A stretch of 64,000 nt of DNA, taken from assembly GCA_963666285.1 (NCBI GenBank), contig OY762711.1. The stretch is one strand, 5' to 3'. Source of the stretch: Sedimentisphaerales bacterium (GTDB taxonomy: Bacteria; Planctomycetota; Phycisphaerae; Sedimentisphaerales; SM23-30). Positions 9,963 through 20,939 of the stretch are shown piece by piece. Numbering within the stretch: the first letter of the stretch is position 1; each line of letters begins with the position of its first letter. Under the pieces are notes generated by a model. The model was not told where the DNA came from. It made no database searches and saw only the letters and a program-made list of their open reading frames with translations. A program made the position numbers and the translations under genes.

Positions 9963-10937
9963 TTATTGTTTAGTCCATATTCTCCTGTTAAGGTTCAGGT
10001 CTTCGACGATGCCAATGAGAGTTGTGAGATCTCGATAGTATTCCTCAATAGGGGCGAACTCTAGAACGGAAGTAAACATTTTCGGCTCGAACATATCTCT
10101 ATTATAGTTAATCGCAATATTCACATTCGAATGGATAAAGCTTATCCTGATCTCTCTGCCTGTCCGTTTACGGAATTCGGTAATCCTTTGCATAAGAGCG
10201 GGGGTAAGGATATAGCGGGCCTCAACCTGGTCACTGCCGTAGACGACGAAATACTTTTCGAACTCGGGGTCTTCGAGTTTAACAAGCTGCCCTTTACTGC
10301 TGAACTTCTGGAAGAACTGGCCTATGCCTGAAAGAAACCCTCCCCCACCACTATGATCCGGCATAACAATAGTCGATCCATTGAAATGTTTATTGAAATC
10401 GGCAATAAAAAACACTCCCTTAAAGATTGTGTGCCAGTGAGTTGTCCTTCTGCCCTTGCTGTCAGTTGTAGTAGTTTTATATTGTGAATGAAGCTCGGAG
10501 AACTTGATACTGGTTTTGCCAACCATTCCTGAGACATAATCTTCGCCTTTATACTTGTCAGGCCTGTGCTCGTACAGTCTGCTTTCAAGATAATGTTGTT
10601 TGAGTATATAGTTACCTGGTTCATAGTTAAGCTCAGGCGAAATGAACTTAACTATCTTCCCGACAATATCAACCTTATAGTTCTGGCTATAAGATCCGGT
10701 AAATATGCCGCAAAATACAAGAGTTATAATAACGGCAACGATACCTATTCCAACCAGAAACCCGGGAGAGCCGCCCTGACCGACAACAATTAAACCGGCA
10801 ATGATAGCAATGCCAAAAATAACACAGGCGGCAATCAGGCTGTTTTTTAAGATTCCCTTGCGACGAGCCTCGAACTTCTGCAAAGTTTCCATAAGCTCAT
10901 TTTCATAAAACTCTCGTAATTGACTCAAATCTTTCAT
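9963..10937 (-). CDS. DUF3137-like membrane protein
   Basis: Two N-terminal TMs; TIFKGVFFIADFNKHF and LEDPEFEKYFVVYGSDQVEARYILTPALM. Confidence 0.8.
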   Translation of the reverse strand: MKDLSQLREFYENELMETLQKFEARRKGILKNSLIAACVIFGIAIIAGLIVVGQGGSPGFLVGIGIVAVIITLVFCGIFTGSYSQNYKVDIVGKIVKFISPELNYEPGNYILKQHYLESRLYEHRPDKYKGEDYVSGMVGKTSIKFSELHSQYKTTTTDSKGRRTTHWHTIFKGVFFIADFNKHFNGSTIVMPDHSGGGGFLSGIGQFFQKFSSKGQLVKLEDPEFEKYFVVYGSDQVEARYILTPALMQRITEFRKRTGREIRISFIHSNVNIAINYNRDMFEPKMFTSVLEFAPIEEYYRDLTTLIGIVEDLNLNRRIWTKQ

Positions 10938-10973
10938 AGCAGCATTATAACAGGATAGTTACTTCCGGCCAAT

Positions 10974-11128
10974 AAAAAAGAGGACGGCCTGTATGCTGTC
11001 CTCTTTGATAAGCCATCTGCCCACTTGGCTTTACAGTTATTTTGGTTATTACTTTCGGGCCGGTTTTGCGTTTTGCCGGCTCATAACACTTCAGGCAACA
11101 GATATTAATCTAAGCCAAAGCGTTAGCC
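10974..11128 (-). ncRNA. Candidate structured small RNA or attenuating leader (about 155 nt)
   Basis: Extended -10 TGTTAAAAT at 11140-11132, several GC-rich stems in an AT-rich spacer, and a terminator hairpin (11003-10980) followed by U6. Confidence 0.35.
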
Positions 11129-11259
11129 TATATTTTAACATATCAGCATATAATAAAAGGTCATAATTCTTGCAGTCCAGGTAAAAAATCTTTGTATCAG
11201 TAAAATGGATTCAATCCAAACAAGACAATCTACCTATTTTATCATGCCAAAACAATAAA

Positions 11260-11484
11260 TCATCGATAATGGGCCTGCCGCGGCAAAAACAGGTATAGAA
11301 TACTGCCGAGGAACCCAAGGGTAACAATTAGCACAATACCTATGACCCTGTTGGTATCTGACAGGCGATTATTGCTGATGCAGTGAATAAGAGACCAGAG
11401 CCATAATATCGACCCTACAATAACCGCTAAAACAGCGATAACACCAATACCGGATACCAGGAATGATGCAAAATTCAAGTGCAT
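11260..11484 (-). CDS. Small membrane protein, PLDc N-terminal-like
   Basis: LWLWSLIHC...IVLIVTLGFLGSILYLF pattern; GGAG RBS. Confidence 0.7.
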   Translation of the reverse strand: MHLNFASFLVSGIGVIAVLAVIVGSILWLWSLIHCISNNRLSDTNRVIGIVLIVTLGFLGSILYLFLPRQAHYR

Positions 11485-11609
11485 ATACTATCTCCAAATT
11501 GTAACAGACATATTTACTACTATAACGATCAACTTTAATGTCGGGCAACAGCCTGGAATATTTCAGAAATTTAGAAAATAGCAGAACTTGTTTCGAGTTT
11601 TCCTCATCA

Positions 11610-11638
11610 TTGACAAATCGGGTTAAATACATTATCCT
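11610..11638 (+). promoter_or_regulatory. Candidate sigma70 promoter of gltX
   Basis: TTGACA-N17-TATCCT. Confidence 0.5.
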
Positions 11639-11698
11639 AATTGACTTACACGAATAAGGCGTAAATACATAAACTACTGTAATCAACGGAGTTAATAA

Positions 11699-13321
11699 AT
11701 GATAGTCACTCGTTTTGCACCCAGTCCGACCGGATATCTTCATATTGGCGGAGCTCGCACGGCATTGTTTTGCCTGCTGATGGCACGCCATAACAACGGC
11801 AAATTTATCCTGAGAATTGAAGATACCGATCAGAAACGCAATACCCCCACCGCTACTCAGCAGGTAATGGAAGACCTGAAATGGCTTGGCATCGAGTGGG
11901 ATGAAGGACCGGACTGCGGCGGACCGGGCGCACCATATAAACAGTCAGAAAGACTGGAGATCTACGATAAACATATCAACCAGCTTTTAGATGATGGTAA
12001 GGCATATTACTGCTGGGACACCTCTGAAGAGCTGGCAGAGATGCGTGATAAAGCCCAGGCGGAAAAGCGTTCGTTTATATATCCAAGGCCGGAAAAGTTT
12101 CCTACCAGAGAGGAAGCTGATGCGGCTGCCGCTGAAGGTAAACCGGTAATAGTAAGATTGTGTATGCCTGAAGGTGATATCGTCGTCAAAGACCTGGTTC
12201 GAGGTGAAGTGACCTTTCAGGCCGGCGAGTTCAGCGACTTTGTTATCCGTAAATCAGACGGGTTCCCAACGTATCATCTGGCATGTGTGGTAGATGATGA
12301 GCTTATGGGCGTAACCCATATTTTCCGCGGTCAGGAACATCTTATGAATACGCCGGGCCACCAGGCCCTGCAGGATGCGTTAGGTTTCAGCAGGCCGACA
12401 TATGCCCATATGTCTGTAACGGTGAGCGAAGGCGGCGGCAAGCTGAGCAAACGCGAACGCGGCAAGGCACTGGCAAAAGCAATAAAAGCAGACCTCGAAA
12501 TTGACCGTGAAGAACTGGCAAAGATCGGTGAGATGAGTATCGAAGATTTTGACGAGTTTTTGAACGGTAAGATAACACCAGATGCACCGCTGGTAACAGC
12601 GATGGCAAAACATATCGAGCTGCATCTTCCGGAGATCAATGTAGTAGACTTTAAGGAGTCCGGTTTTCTGCCGGAAGCAGTAACAAACTTTGTCGCACTG
12701 CTGGGCTGGTCATCACCAGACGGACAGGAGATTATGCCGTTTGAAAAACTGATAGAAAATTTCGATCCGACCAGGTTCAATAAGACCAACAGTTTGTTTG
12801 ACCGCAAGAAACTACAGGCATTCAATACCGAGCATATGAAGATGGTAGACTCAGATAAGCTGCTGGGCTATTTCAAAGACTACCTGGTTCTAAACGAGCT
12901 GGAGATGGGCAAGTTCGATGATGATACATTAGCTACATTATTGAAGCTTTGCGAAGGGGCAAGAAACTTTGAAGATGTTGTCAATAAGAGCAACTTTATC
13001 ATGCTCAAAGCTGATACTATTGAGTTTGACCCGAATGCCGTCAAGAAGGTACTGAGCAAAGACGGCGTTGCCGAGATACTGACAGAGGTCAAAGACCGCT
13101 TGAATAACCTGGAGGCGTGGGAAGCCGAGCCAATCCATAAAGTTATCGAGGTCATGTGCGAAGAAAAGCAACTTGGTATGGGTAAAGTAGCCCAGCCGAT
13201 CCGTGTTGCGATTGCCGGATGTATGGTAAGTCCGGCAATTGATGCAACCCTTGTTATGCTGGGTAAAGATGAAACTATCGCCAGGATTGACCATGCGATA
13301 GAATTTGTAAAAGGGTTATAG
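11699..13321 (+). CDS. gltX: Glutamate--tRNA ligase
   Basis: RFAPSPTGYLHIGG and KLSKR motifs, anticodon-binding domain; about 60 aa insertion after KLSKR. Confidence 0.96.
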   Translation: MIVTRFAPSPTGYLHIGGARTALFCLLMARHNNGKFILRIEDTDQKRNTPTATQQVMEDLKWLGIEWDEGPDCGGPGAPYKQSERLEIYDKHINQLLDDGKAYYCWDTSEELAEMRDKAQAEKRSFIYPRPEKFPTREEADAAAAEGKPVIVRLCMPEGDIVVKDLVRGEVTFQAGEFSDFVIRKSDGFPTYHLACVVDDELMGVTHIFRGQEHLMNTPGHQALQDALGFSRPTYAHMSVTVSEGGGKLSKRERGKALAKAIKADLEIDREELAKIGEMSIEDFDEFLNGKITPDAPLVTAMAKHIELHLPEINVVDFKESGFLPEAVTNFVALLGWSSPDGQEIMPFEKLIENFDPTRFNKTNSLFDRKKLQAFNTEHMKMVDSDKLLGYFKDYLVLNELEMGKFDDDTLATLLKLCEGARNFEDVVNKSNFIMLKADTIEFDPNAVKKVLSKDGVAEILTEVKDRLNNLEAWEAEPIHKVIEVMCEEKQLGMGKVAQPIRVAIAGCMVSPAIDATLVMLGKDETIARIDHAIEFVKGL

Positions 13322-13389
13322 AGCCGGATACAATTTATAAAAATGTTAGATAATGACATTTTTGCATTACAAATTGTTATAACAATATA

Positions 13390-13437
13390 AAAACTGCGTT
13401 ATTCCCAAGTTGAAACTTGAAATAACGCAGTTTTTTT
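13390..13437 (+). terminator. Terminator-like hairpin after gltX
   Basis: aaaactgcgttatt...aataacgcagttttttt. Confidence 0.65.
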
Positions 13438-13476
13438 GTACATTAAGTCTAAGTAAATAAATAGTTTATAAGTTGC

Positions 13477-16473
13477 ATGCCGAGGAATAGGAGCCTGAAA
13501 ATGCTAAAGAATTGTCTATTACCAGTTATCATCTTGCTATTTGCTTTCCAGCTTAATGCCGCGATAACAGCCGATGGCAGCCGCGAGACATACAACTTTA
13601 ATCCCGGCTGGAAAGTATCTGTGGGTGACCCCGAAGGTGCCGAGCAGAAGCAATTTAATGACAGCAGCTGGCAGAATGTATCACTGCCCTATTCCTGGAA
13701 CCAGCATGAAGCTTTCAAGCTGGATATCCACGATCTTTCCACAGGTATTGCCTGGTATCGAAAACATTTTCTAATTCCGACAGAACAGGCAGATAAAAAA
13801 GTATTCCTGGAGTTTGAAGGCATTCGCCAAGGAGGCGAGTTTTACCTGAACGGCAAATATATCGGCCGCCATGAAAACGGGGCAATGGCGTTTGGCTTTG
13901 ACATTACCAATCTGGCAAACTACGGTTCGGTAGAAAATATTATTGCCGTCCGCATCGATAACAGCTGGGATTATCGCGAGAAGGCGACGAATTCCAGGTA
14001 CCAGTGGAGTGATAAAAATTTTAATGCAAACTACGGCGGTATTCCCAAGAACGTATCGATTCATTTTACCGACAAACTGTACCAGACATTACCGTTATAT
14101 TCTACATTGGGCACAACAGGGGTATATGTTTATGTCGAAGATTTTGATATAGCCAATAAAACGGCAGTTATTTCAGCTGAATCGCAAGTGCGAAATGAAT
14201 ATTCGGTTGCAAGCACATTCGAATATGAAGTTACCATAAAGGAAACTGACGGCACAATATTAAAAAGCTTCAAAGGCTATCCTTGTACTGTTTCGCCGGG
14301 AGGAACCGGTATCGCAAAGGCATCAGCAAAAGTTGAAGGACTAAACTTCTGGAGCTGGGGCTACGGCTACCTGTACGATGTAGAAACTGTAATAAAAATT
14401 GACGGACGTGAAATCGATAAAGTAGTCACCCGCACCGGGTTTCGCAAGACCCAATTTGCCAATGGTATGATCTGGCTGAACGACCGGGTGATCCAGGTAA
14501 AAGGCTATGCCCAGCGTACATCGAACGAATGGCCCGCAGTTGGTATATCTATACCGCCGTGGCTAAGCGATTTCAGCAATAAGCTTATAGTCGAAAGTAA
14601 TGCAAACCTTGTGAGATGGATGCATATAACGCCAAGCAAGCAGGATATCAGGTCGTGTGACCGTGTCGGGCTTATGCAGGCGATGCCGGCCGGTGATGCC
14701 GAAAAGGATGTTACCGGCCGTCGCTGGCAGCAGCGAACCGAGCTTATGCGAGATGCAATAATCTATAACCGCAATAATCCAAGTATCATATTTTATGAAG
14801 GCGGTAACGAAAGCATCAGCGAAGAACACATGCAGGAGTTGAAAAATTTCCGTAATACATACGACCCGCACGGCGGACGTGCGATCGGCAGTAGAGAAAT
14901 GCTCGACAGCGAAGTAGCTGAATATGGCGGTGAGATGCTGTATATCAATAAGAGCGGCGATATCCCGATGTGGGCGATGGAATATTCCAGGGATGAAGGA
15001 CTACGTAAATACTGGGATGAGTTTTCACCGCCCTACCACAAGGACGGAGCCGGCCCCCAGCGAGGCAAAAACGCTCCCGGACCGTACAACCACAACCAGG
15101 ACTCACATGCAATTGAAGATATCATCCGCTGGTTCGATTACTGGGAACAGCGTCCCGGCACAGGCAATCGCGTAAGTTCCGGCGGAGTTAACATTGTTTT
15201 TTCCGATACCAATACCCACTATCGCGGCGAAGAGAACTATCGTCGCAGCGGCGAAGTTGACCCGATGCGTTTGCCAAAGGACGGTTTTTATGCCCACCAG
15301 GTTATGTGGGACTGCTGGGTTGATATCGAAAAGCCGCTAATCCACCTGATGGGACACTGGAACTATCAACCGAACACCGTTAAAGATATTTACGCTGTTT
15401 CTACCGCTGAAAAAGTGGAGCTGTTCGTTAACGGCAGATCAATGGGCTTTGGTCAACAGAGCTATCGTTTCCTTTATACTTTCAAGAATATCAAATGGCA
15501 GCCGGGCAAAGTACAGGTTGTTGGATACGATAAAGACGGACATAAACTTTGCGAGACAGAGCTTCAAACAGCAGGCGAACCGAAACGGGTACGGCTGACA
15601 GTTCATACCGGACCTGGCGGACTCAAAGCCAACAACACTGACATCGCCCTGATAGATGTCGAGGTTGTAGATAAAGAAGGCAGACGATGCCCGGTAGCGA
15701 TGAATATGATAGATTTCGAACTTGCCGGTCCGGCGAAATGGATAGGCGGCATCGCACAAGGGCCGGACAATTATATAATGTCTAAAAAGCTGCCGGTAGA
15801 ATGCGGAGTTAACCGAGTGATGGTTGGATCGACAAATGATGCCGGCAAGATAATCATGACGGCAAAATCAGAAGGCCTGGAGCCTGCTTCAATTGAACTT
15901 GTCTCTACCCCTGTTGTAGTTTCAGGAGGATTGTGCCATAACATGCCGGACGATGGATTACCTTGCAGCCTGGATAGAGGCCCTACACCAGCCGGGGAGT
16001 CTTATACAGTTTCACGAATACCTATTAAGATATTAAAAGTAACTGGCGGAGCCAACCTGGAAAATATCTATGCAACCATTGATGACAATGAACTGACAGA
16101 CTGGCAAAATGACGGCAAGCTGTCAACAGCATGGCTTAAATACGATTTCACAGAAGCTGCCGATGTAAGTGAGGTAGTTGTAAAGTTTGGCAACTGGCGT
16201 CGACAGAGCTACCCGATACGAATCCTGGTTGATACGAAAGAAGCTTTCACAGGAGAAACCAAACAGAACCTGGGCTATTATACGATCAAATTCGAGCCGG
16301 TACGAGGCAAAAGTCTGACACTTGAACTGATCGGAGCCGGTTCCAATCGAGACGCTTTTGGTCTGGTCGAGGTAACCGGCAAAGTTGACCAGGCAGACGA
16401 TGCTTCAAAAGATCCTAATGCCAAAGGAACATTAAAGGTAGTCGAACTGGAAATTTACCGTAAAACTGAATAA
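13477..16473 (+). CDS. Secreted glycoside hydrolase family 2 (beta-galactosidase-like)
   Basis: WYRKHF, FLEFEG, RNNPSIIFYEGGNE, C-terminal Ig-like and F5/8-like domains; start may be 13501. Confidence 0.9.
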   Translation: MPRNRSLKMLKNCLLPVIILLFAFQLNAAITADGSRETYNFNPGWKVSVGDPEGAEQKQFNDSSWQNVSLPYSWNQHEAFKLDIHDLSTGIAWYRKHFLIPTEQADKKVFLEFEGIRQGGEFYLNGKYIGRHENGAMAFGFDITNLANYGSVENIIAVRIDNSWDYREKATNSRYQWSDKNFNANYGGIPKNVSIHFTDKLYQTLPLYSTLGTTGVYVYVEDFDIANKTAVISAESQVRNEYSVASTFEYEVTIKETDGTILKSFKGYPCTVSPGGTGIAKASAKVEGLNFWSWGYGYLYDVETVIKIDGREIDKVVTRTGFRKTQFANGMIWLNDRVIQVKGYAQRTSNEWPAVGISIPPWLSDFSNKLIVESNANLVRWMHITPSKQDIRSCDRVGLMQAMPAGDAEKDVTGRRWQQRTELMRDAIIYNRNNPSIIFYEGGNESISEEHMQELKNFRNTYDPHGGRAIGSREMLDSEVAEYGGEMLYINKSGDIPMWAMEYSRDEGLRKYWDEFSPPYHKDGAGPQRGKNAPGPYNHNQDSHAIEDIIRWFDYWEQRPGTGNRVSSGGVNIVFSDTNTHYRGEENYRRSGEVDPMRLPKDGFYAHQVMWDCWVDIEKPLIHLMGHWNYQPNTVKDIYAVSTAEKVELFVNGRSMGFGQQSYRFLYTFKNIKWQPGKVQVVGYDKDGHKLCETELQTAGEPKRVRLTVHTGPGGLKANNTDIALIDVEVVDKEGRRCPVAMNMIDFELAGPAKWIGGIAQGPDNYIMSKKLPVECGVNRVMVGSTNDAGKIIMTAKSEGLEPASIELVSTPVVVSGGLCHNMPDDGLPCSLDRGPTPAGESYTVSRIPIKILKVTGGANLENIYATIDDNELTDWQNDGKLSTAWLKYDFTEAADVSEVVVKFGNWRRQSYPIRILVDTKEAFTGETKQNLGYYTIKFEPVRGKSLTLELIGAGSNRDAFGLVEVTGKVDQADDASKDPNAKGTLKVVELEIYRKTE

Positions 16474-16500
16474 GCAGCCAGATGGTTTCGAGGCCGGCAA

Positions 16501-17964
16501 TTATACCATTTTGCCCAGATCGTATACCAATTCGTTCAATGATTCGACCTGACTGTTTAATTCCTCGGCAGCACTGGCAGATTCCTCAGCACTGGCAGCA
16601 TTCTGCTGAGTTGCCTTATCCATCTCGGCAATAGCATTTGACAGCTGCTGAATACCGAACGATTGTTCCTGGCTGCCTTCACTAATATCATTAACCAGAG
16701 AAGAAGATTCGGTAACCGAACTGTTAATTTCATTGAGCAGATTAGAGACATTCTCTACAACCTGAATATCACCGGCAGCACTTTTAACTGATTTGTCAAT
16801 TATTATAGAGGTATTATGAGCTGCTTCTGCACTTCTCATAGCAAGGTTACGCACCTCTTCGGCAACAACAGCAAATCCTTTACCGGACTCACCTGCCCTG
16901 GCAGCTTCAACCGCGGCATTTAATGCCAGCAAATTAGTCTGAAATGCAATCTCATCAATTACTTTAATAATTTTGGCCGACTCATTTGCGTTATTCTGAA
17001 TTTCGCCAATTGCACCATTCAAAAGTTCAATAGATTCACCCCCGCGCTCAGCAACTTCCCTGGCTCTTCCTGCCATTTCGTTAGCTTTAAGAGACTTGCC
17101 TGCATTATCCTTTGAAATAGAATCTACATTGGCAATATTACTATTACTTTCTTCAAGACAAGCGGCAACTTCCGAAGCAGACTGCGCCAGGGATTGGGCA
17201 GAATCGGCTATCTGGCCGGAAGCAGATGCCAGCTGTTCGGCTCCATTTCTCAGGCATGATATAACTTTCTTTAACTTACCAACAATACTTCTCGAAATTA
17301 GCCAGGCAGCTAAAACCGAAATAAAGATTGCAGCAGCACCGCTGATATACATGACAAACTGAACCATAGAATTCAGATCCACTATTTCAGCTTTTTGCTG
17401 TTCAGCAGCACCGGACACAGACGCACGTATTTCGCCCAGAATCTTTTGTACCTTTGCCAGGGCAGCTTTTGTCTGCTCATTATATATCTTGCATGCCTGT
17501 TTGATTTCAGAAGGCAGCAGTTTCCCAAATTCATCCTTTTGACCATTTGCATATACATTACCAATAGCTATTGCTGAACTATGAAGCTCATGATGGTACG
17601 GTTCGATTTCTACAAGAATCTCAGTTAATTCCGGAACCAGCTGTTCTGTATACTTTCGTTCATCACCAAAAAGCCACTTGCCAAAAGCACATTTATGATC
17701 ATCTGTCTGTACTGAAAGCTGAGTGGACGAATCATCAGTTAAAACCTTTGCTATCGCCTCACACCAGTTGAGATGATCTATTTCACGCTGTGCGATATTC
17801 ATCTCAAGTTTGTCAAGTTCAATAACAACATTAGTTTTTTGTGAAATGCTATGAATTAAAAAGGAAGCACATAAAACCAGCATTAAAATAGAAGCGATAA
17901 TTAATCCAAAGCCACAATACAGCTTTGTTGATATTTTTAGATCTTTCAACATTTTTCTCTCCAA
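16501..17964 (-). CDS. Methyl-accepting chemotaxis protein with CZB domain
   Basis: [37 protein letters not shown] ligands HLNW...CAFGKW...HHELH between two TM helices. Confidence 0.93.
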   Translation of the reverse strand: MERKMLKDLKISTKLYCGFGLIIASILMLVLCASFLIHSISQKTNVVIELDKLEMNIAQREIDHLNWCEAIAKVLTDDSSTQLSVQTDDHKCAFGKWLFGDERKYTEQLVPELTEILVEIEPYHHELHSSAIAIGNVYANGQKDEFGKLLPSEIKQACKIYNEQTKAALAKVQKILGEIRASVSGAAEQQKAEIVDLNSMVQFVMYISGAAAIFISVLAAWLISRSIVGKLKKVISCLRNGAEQLASASGQIADSAQSLAQSASEVAACLEESNSNIANVDSISKDNAGKSLKANEMAGRAREVAERGGESIELLNGAIGEIQNNANESAKIIKVIDEIAFQTNLLALNAAVEAARAGESGKGFAVVAEEVRNLAMRSAEAAHNTSIIIDKSVKSAAGDIQVVENVSNLLNEINSSVTESSSLVNDISEGSQEQSFGIQQLSNAIAEMDKATQQNAASAEESASAAEELNSQVESLNELVYDLGKMV

Positions 17965-18000
17965 TATTACTTACATTCTTCACATATATCTTATAAGAAA

Positions 18001-18027
18001 ATATCGGCATAGAATTTCATGACTTAA
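18001..18027 (-). promoter_or_regulatory. Sigma28 (FliA)-type promoter of the MCP gene
   Basis: TTAAGTCA-N11-GCCGATAT on the minus strand, close to the TAAAGTTT-N11-GCCGATAA consensus. Confidence 0.7.
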
Positions 18028-18431
18028 GCTAATTTGGCCGGCAATACAAACCTCTAAGCTCTAGAAAGGTCCTATAAATATCTGAAATTTCACCACTACT
18101 TCAAATTGCTGTTATCGCAATATTTTTCAAACATGCATAACGCGAAGAAATAACTCTATTTCATAGAATCTAATATATAAAAACTCCATTAAATCACAAA
18201 TACAGTAGAAAACACAGCCTGACCGCTTATTCAGACCACAAGATATGTAAAAAACAATTAAATATTGCAGACAATCGTCAATGTAATTCGTTGAAGTTTT
18301 AACTCAAACTGCATTAACAATAACTACCAGAATACAGTGGAGTTCAAATTTTAAAAAGATAAATTATTTTTACCAAAAAACCCTGGAAAAACACTTTTTT
18401 GAGGCCAAATACAGGCACAGCATTAAAATCC

Positions 18432-20771
18432 TCACTGAGAAACAATTTCGCTTAGATACTTAACAACTTTTTTCTTGCCGCGTTTTTCGGCAATCTGCAA
18501 TGGTGTAATACCGGTTTTACTGGCTATTGTAATATCGGCACCAGACTTAAACAAAACCTTAACAACCGGCAAAAAGTCTGCTTCAGCTGCTTTATATAGA
18601 CCGGTTTCACCGGCTTTATCCTGTATGTTAATATCGAATTTCGGCAGTATCTTTTTATCAAGAAAAACTTTTACCGCATCAGCTTTTCCCCTGGCACATG
18701 CGACATGGAAAGGAATAATACCTTTATTATCTGCTGACAGGTAATTTGCTTTTCGGGCAAGTAAAGTCTTTATTACAGGAACACAATTGAGCTCGGCTGC
18801 ATAATGCAGAGCAGTAAAGCCGTTATCAGCGGAAGCATTGACATCGGCACCGTCGGCAAGCAACTGTTCCACAACAGCATTGTTTTTATTAGCAGCGGCA
18901 GTCATAAGAGGAGTTATCCCACTTTCATCCCTGACATTAGCTGATGCCCCCGCCTCAAGCAGTGGCTTAACAACATCCCTGTTCTTTTCACATGCCAGAT
19001 GCAACGGTGTTTTACCACGGCTATCAATAGCATTTATATCAGGATTAGCCTTCAGCAGCAGTTTCAATATTCCGATATTGCCATTTGCCGCGGCAATATG
19101 CAACGGGCTTTGACCTGACCGGTCAACAATATCAACATTTACCCCGGCATCAATTAAAACTTCAAGAACCGCCTTATTAGTTTTTTTAACAGCCAGCATT
19201 AAAGAATTATTATTTTCACTGTCAACAGCATTAAGATTTGCTCCTGCTTTTATAAGCAACTCTGCAATCCTTGCGTTGCCTTTTTCTACAACCGCCAGCA
19301 AAGGAGTCATACCGGATTTATCTTTAGCTTCAAGATTCATGCCGGATTCCAGCAGAAGATCGACAATTTTTGCTTTTCCAGCCAGGGCAGCGTTAAATAA
19401 CTCGGTACGACCATCTTTATCTACCGCATCGGCATCGGCACCTGCCTTTACAAGCTCCTTAATAACATCAAGACGCTCTTTCCGGATAGCGATACTTAAA
19501 AGTGAATTGCCCTTTTTATCGGTTTGGTTTAGATTGGCACCGGCACCAATAAGCAATTTGACAATATCATCCTGACCTTTTTCTACAGCAAAAAGCATAG
19601 CAGTTCGATCATTGCTGTCTTCAACGTCAACCCGGGCACCCGCATCAATTAAAGCTTTAACAATACGACGATGATCAGACTCAACTGCCGTCAGAAGCGG
19701 CGTAACCCTTTCATCATTATAAAGGTTTACATCAGCACCATGCACGATAAGTTCTTCAGCAGCTTCGAAATGGCCATTTTTGCACGCCAGCCAGAGCGCT
19801 GTTCGATCCTGGCCATCCTGTTTGTTTATCCTGGCTCTTGCCTTTATAAGCTGCCTGACAACCCGGTCGTGACCCTGCGAGGCAGCTTTATGTATCGCCC
19901 TGCTGCCTTTGGTGTCTGATCTTTCGACATCAGCATCAGCAAATACCAGCAACTTAACCATATCGGCATGACCCTCTTTGGCAGCCGCCATTAAAGGGGT
20001 TTCCATTTCATTATCACAGCGGTCTATCCCGGCACCTGCGGTAAGTAATACCGATGCGTTCGATTCATTTCCATTGGCACTGGCAAGCCAAAGGGCTGTT
20101 CTCCCATTGGTATCAACAGCATTAACATCAGCACCGGATAAAATCAGATCACGAACCTTGTAAGGGGTATCATTAACCGCAGCAATAATCAACTGCTCGT
20201 TGAGCTCTGCCTGCGTTATTTCATTTTCATTCAGTACATTATTGACAGATTTAGATATTTCCTGGTTACTGGCAACCACAACAGGTATATTATTATTTTC
20301 AAACTCCGGCTCTATACTGTCTTTTTTATTTTTCTTTTCCCGGGCTTGCTCTTCTTCATCACCGGTATAACGCTTATCGAAAATCTTATCTATTTCACTT
20401 ACAACCGTTACAACATTACTAATCGGGTCAGATTCCGCATTGTTTCCCTGATTCAAAACCTCTGAAACTTTCTCTATTTTGGTAACAACATCTCTAACTT
20501 CCGGATCAATAGTCTTGGGATCTTCAATTGCCTCTTTGACTTTTTCGATAGTTTCATTAGCTTTGGCAACTTTTTCGATGACTTCCTTATTAACCTCTAT
20601 ACCAATATCTGATTTTTCATTTTCCTGGTTATTGAGAGATTTATCGGCGGTAGAAGTAACCTGGACAGCAGAGCCTGATTTATCTGCAGTATCATCTTTA
20701 CAGCCACTCAAAGCGAAAAGAAACTGGAGAATAATAAACGTATAAACAATATTTCTGAACTTCATGGGCAA
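18432..20771 (-). CDS. Ankyrin-repeat lipoprotein (about 17 repeats)
   Basis: Lipobox LSGC; repeated GxTPLxxA...LLxAGADVN 33-aa units over the last ~590 aa. Confidence 0.92.
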   Translation of the reverse strand: MPMKFRNIVYTFIILQFLFALSGCKDDTADKSGSAVQVTSTADKSLNNQENEKSDIGIEVNKEVIEKVAKANETIEKVKEAIEDPKTIDPEVRDVVTKIEKVSEVLNQGNNAESDPISNVVTVVSEIDKIFDKRYTGDEEEQAREKKNKKDSIEPEFENNNIPVVVASNQEISKSVNNVLNENEITQAELNEQLIIAAVNDTPYKVRDLILSGADVNAVDTNGRTALWLASANGNESNASVLLTAGAGIDRCDNEMETPLMAAAKEGHADMVKLLVFADADVERSDTKGSRAIHKAASQGHDRVVRQLIKARARINKQDGQDRTALWLACKNGHFEAAEELIVHGADVNLYNDERVTPLLTAVESDHRRIVKALIDAGARVDVEDSNDRTAMLFAVEKGQDDIVKLLIGAGANLNQTDKKGNSLLSIAIRKERLDVIKELVKAGADADAVDKDGRTELFNAALAGKAKIVDLLLESGMNLEAKDKSGMTPLLAVVEKGNARIAELLIKAGANLNAVDSENNNSLMLAVKKTNKAVLEVLIDAGVNVDIVDRSGQSPLHIAAANGNIGILKLLLKANPDINAIDSRGKTPLHLACEKNRDVVKPLLEAGASANVRDESGITPLMTAAANKNNAVVEQLLADGADVNASADNGFTALHYAAELNCVPVIKTLLARKANYLSADNKGIIPFHVACARGKADAVKVFLDKKILPKFDINIQDKAGETGLYKAAEADFLPVVKVLFKSGADITIASKTGITPLQIAEKRGKKKVVKYLSEIVSQ

Positions 20772-20939
20772 GCTTCCTTCCCTGAAATCATAAGTCCTTA
20801 TTCTATATTAAAAAGCAGACAAAACGTCCCTGCTGACAATTTATATCACAGTTATCGGAGAAAAGTTACACAATTTCCACTGAAAAATCTAAACTTATGA
20901 AAAAAAACTATAAAGATAAAAATTGTTAACATATTGATA

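Noticed and set aside
11050..11100. Hammerhead ribozyme or c-di-GMP-I riboswitch
   Set aside because: CUGANGA is not correctly placed before the stem, and the GNRA hairpin of c-di-GMP-I is missing; kept only as an unclassified RNA candidate.
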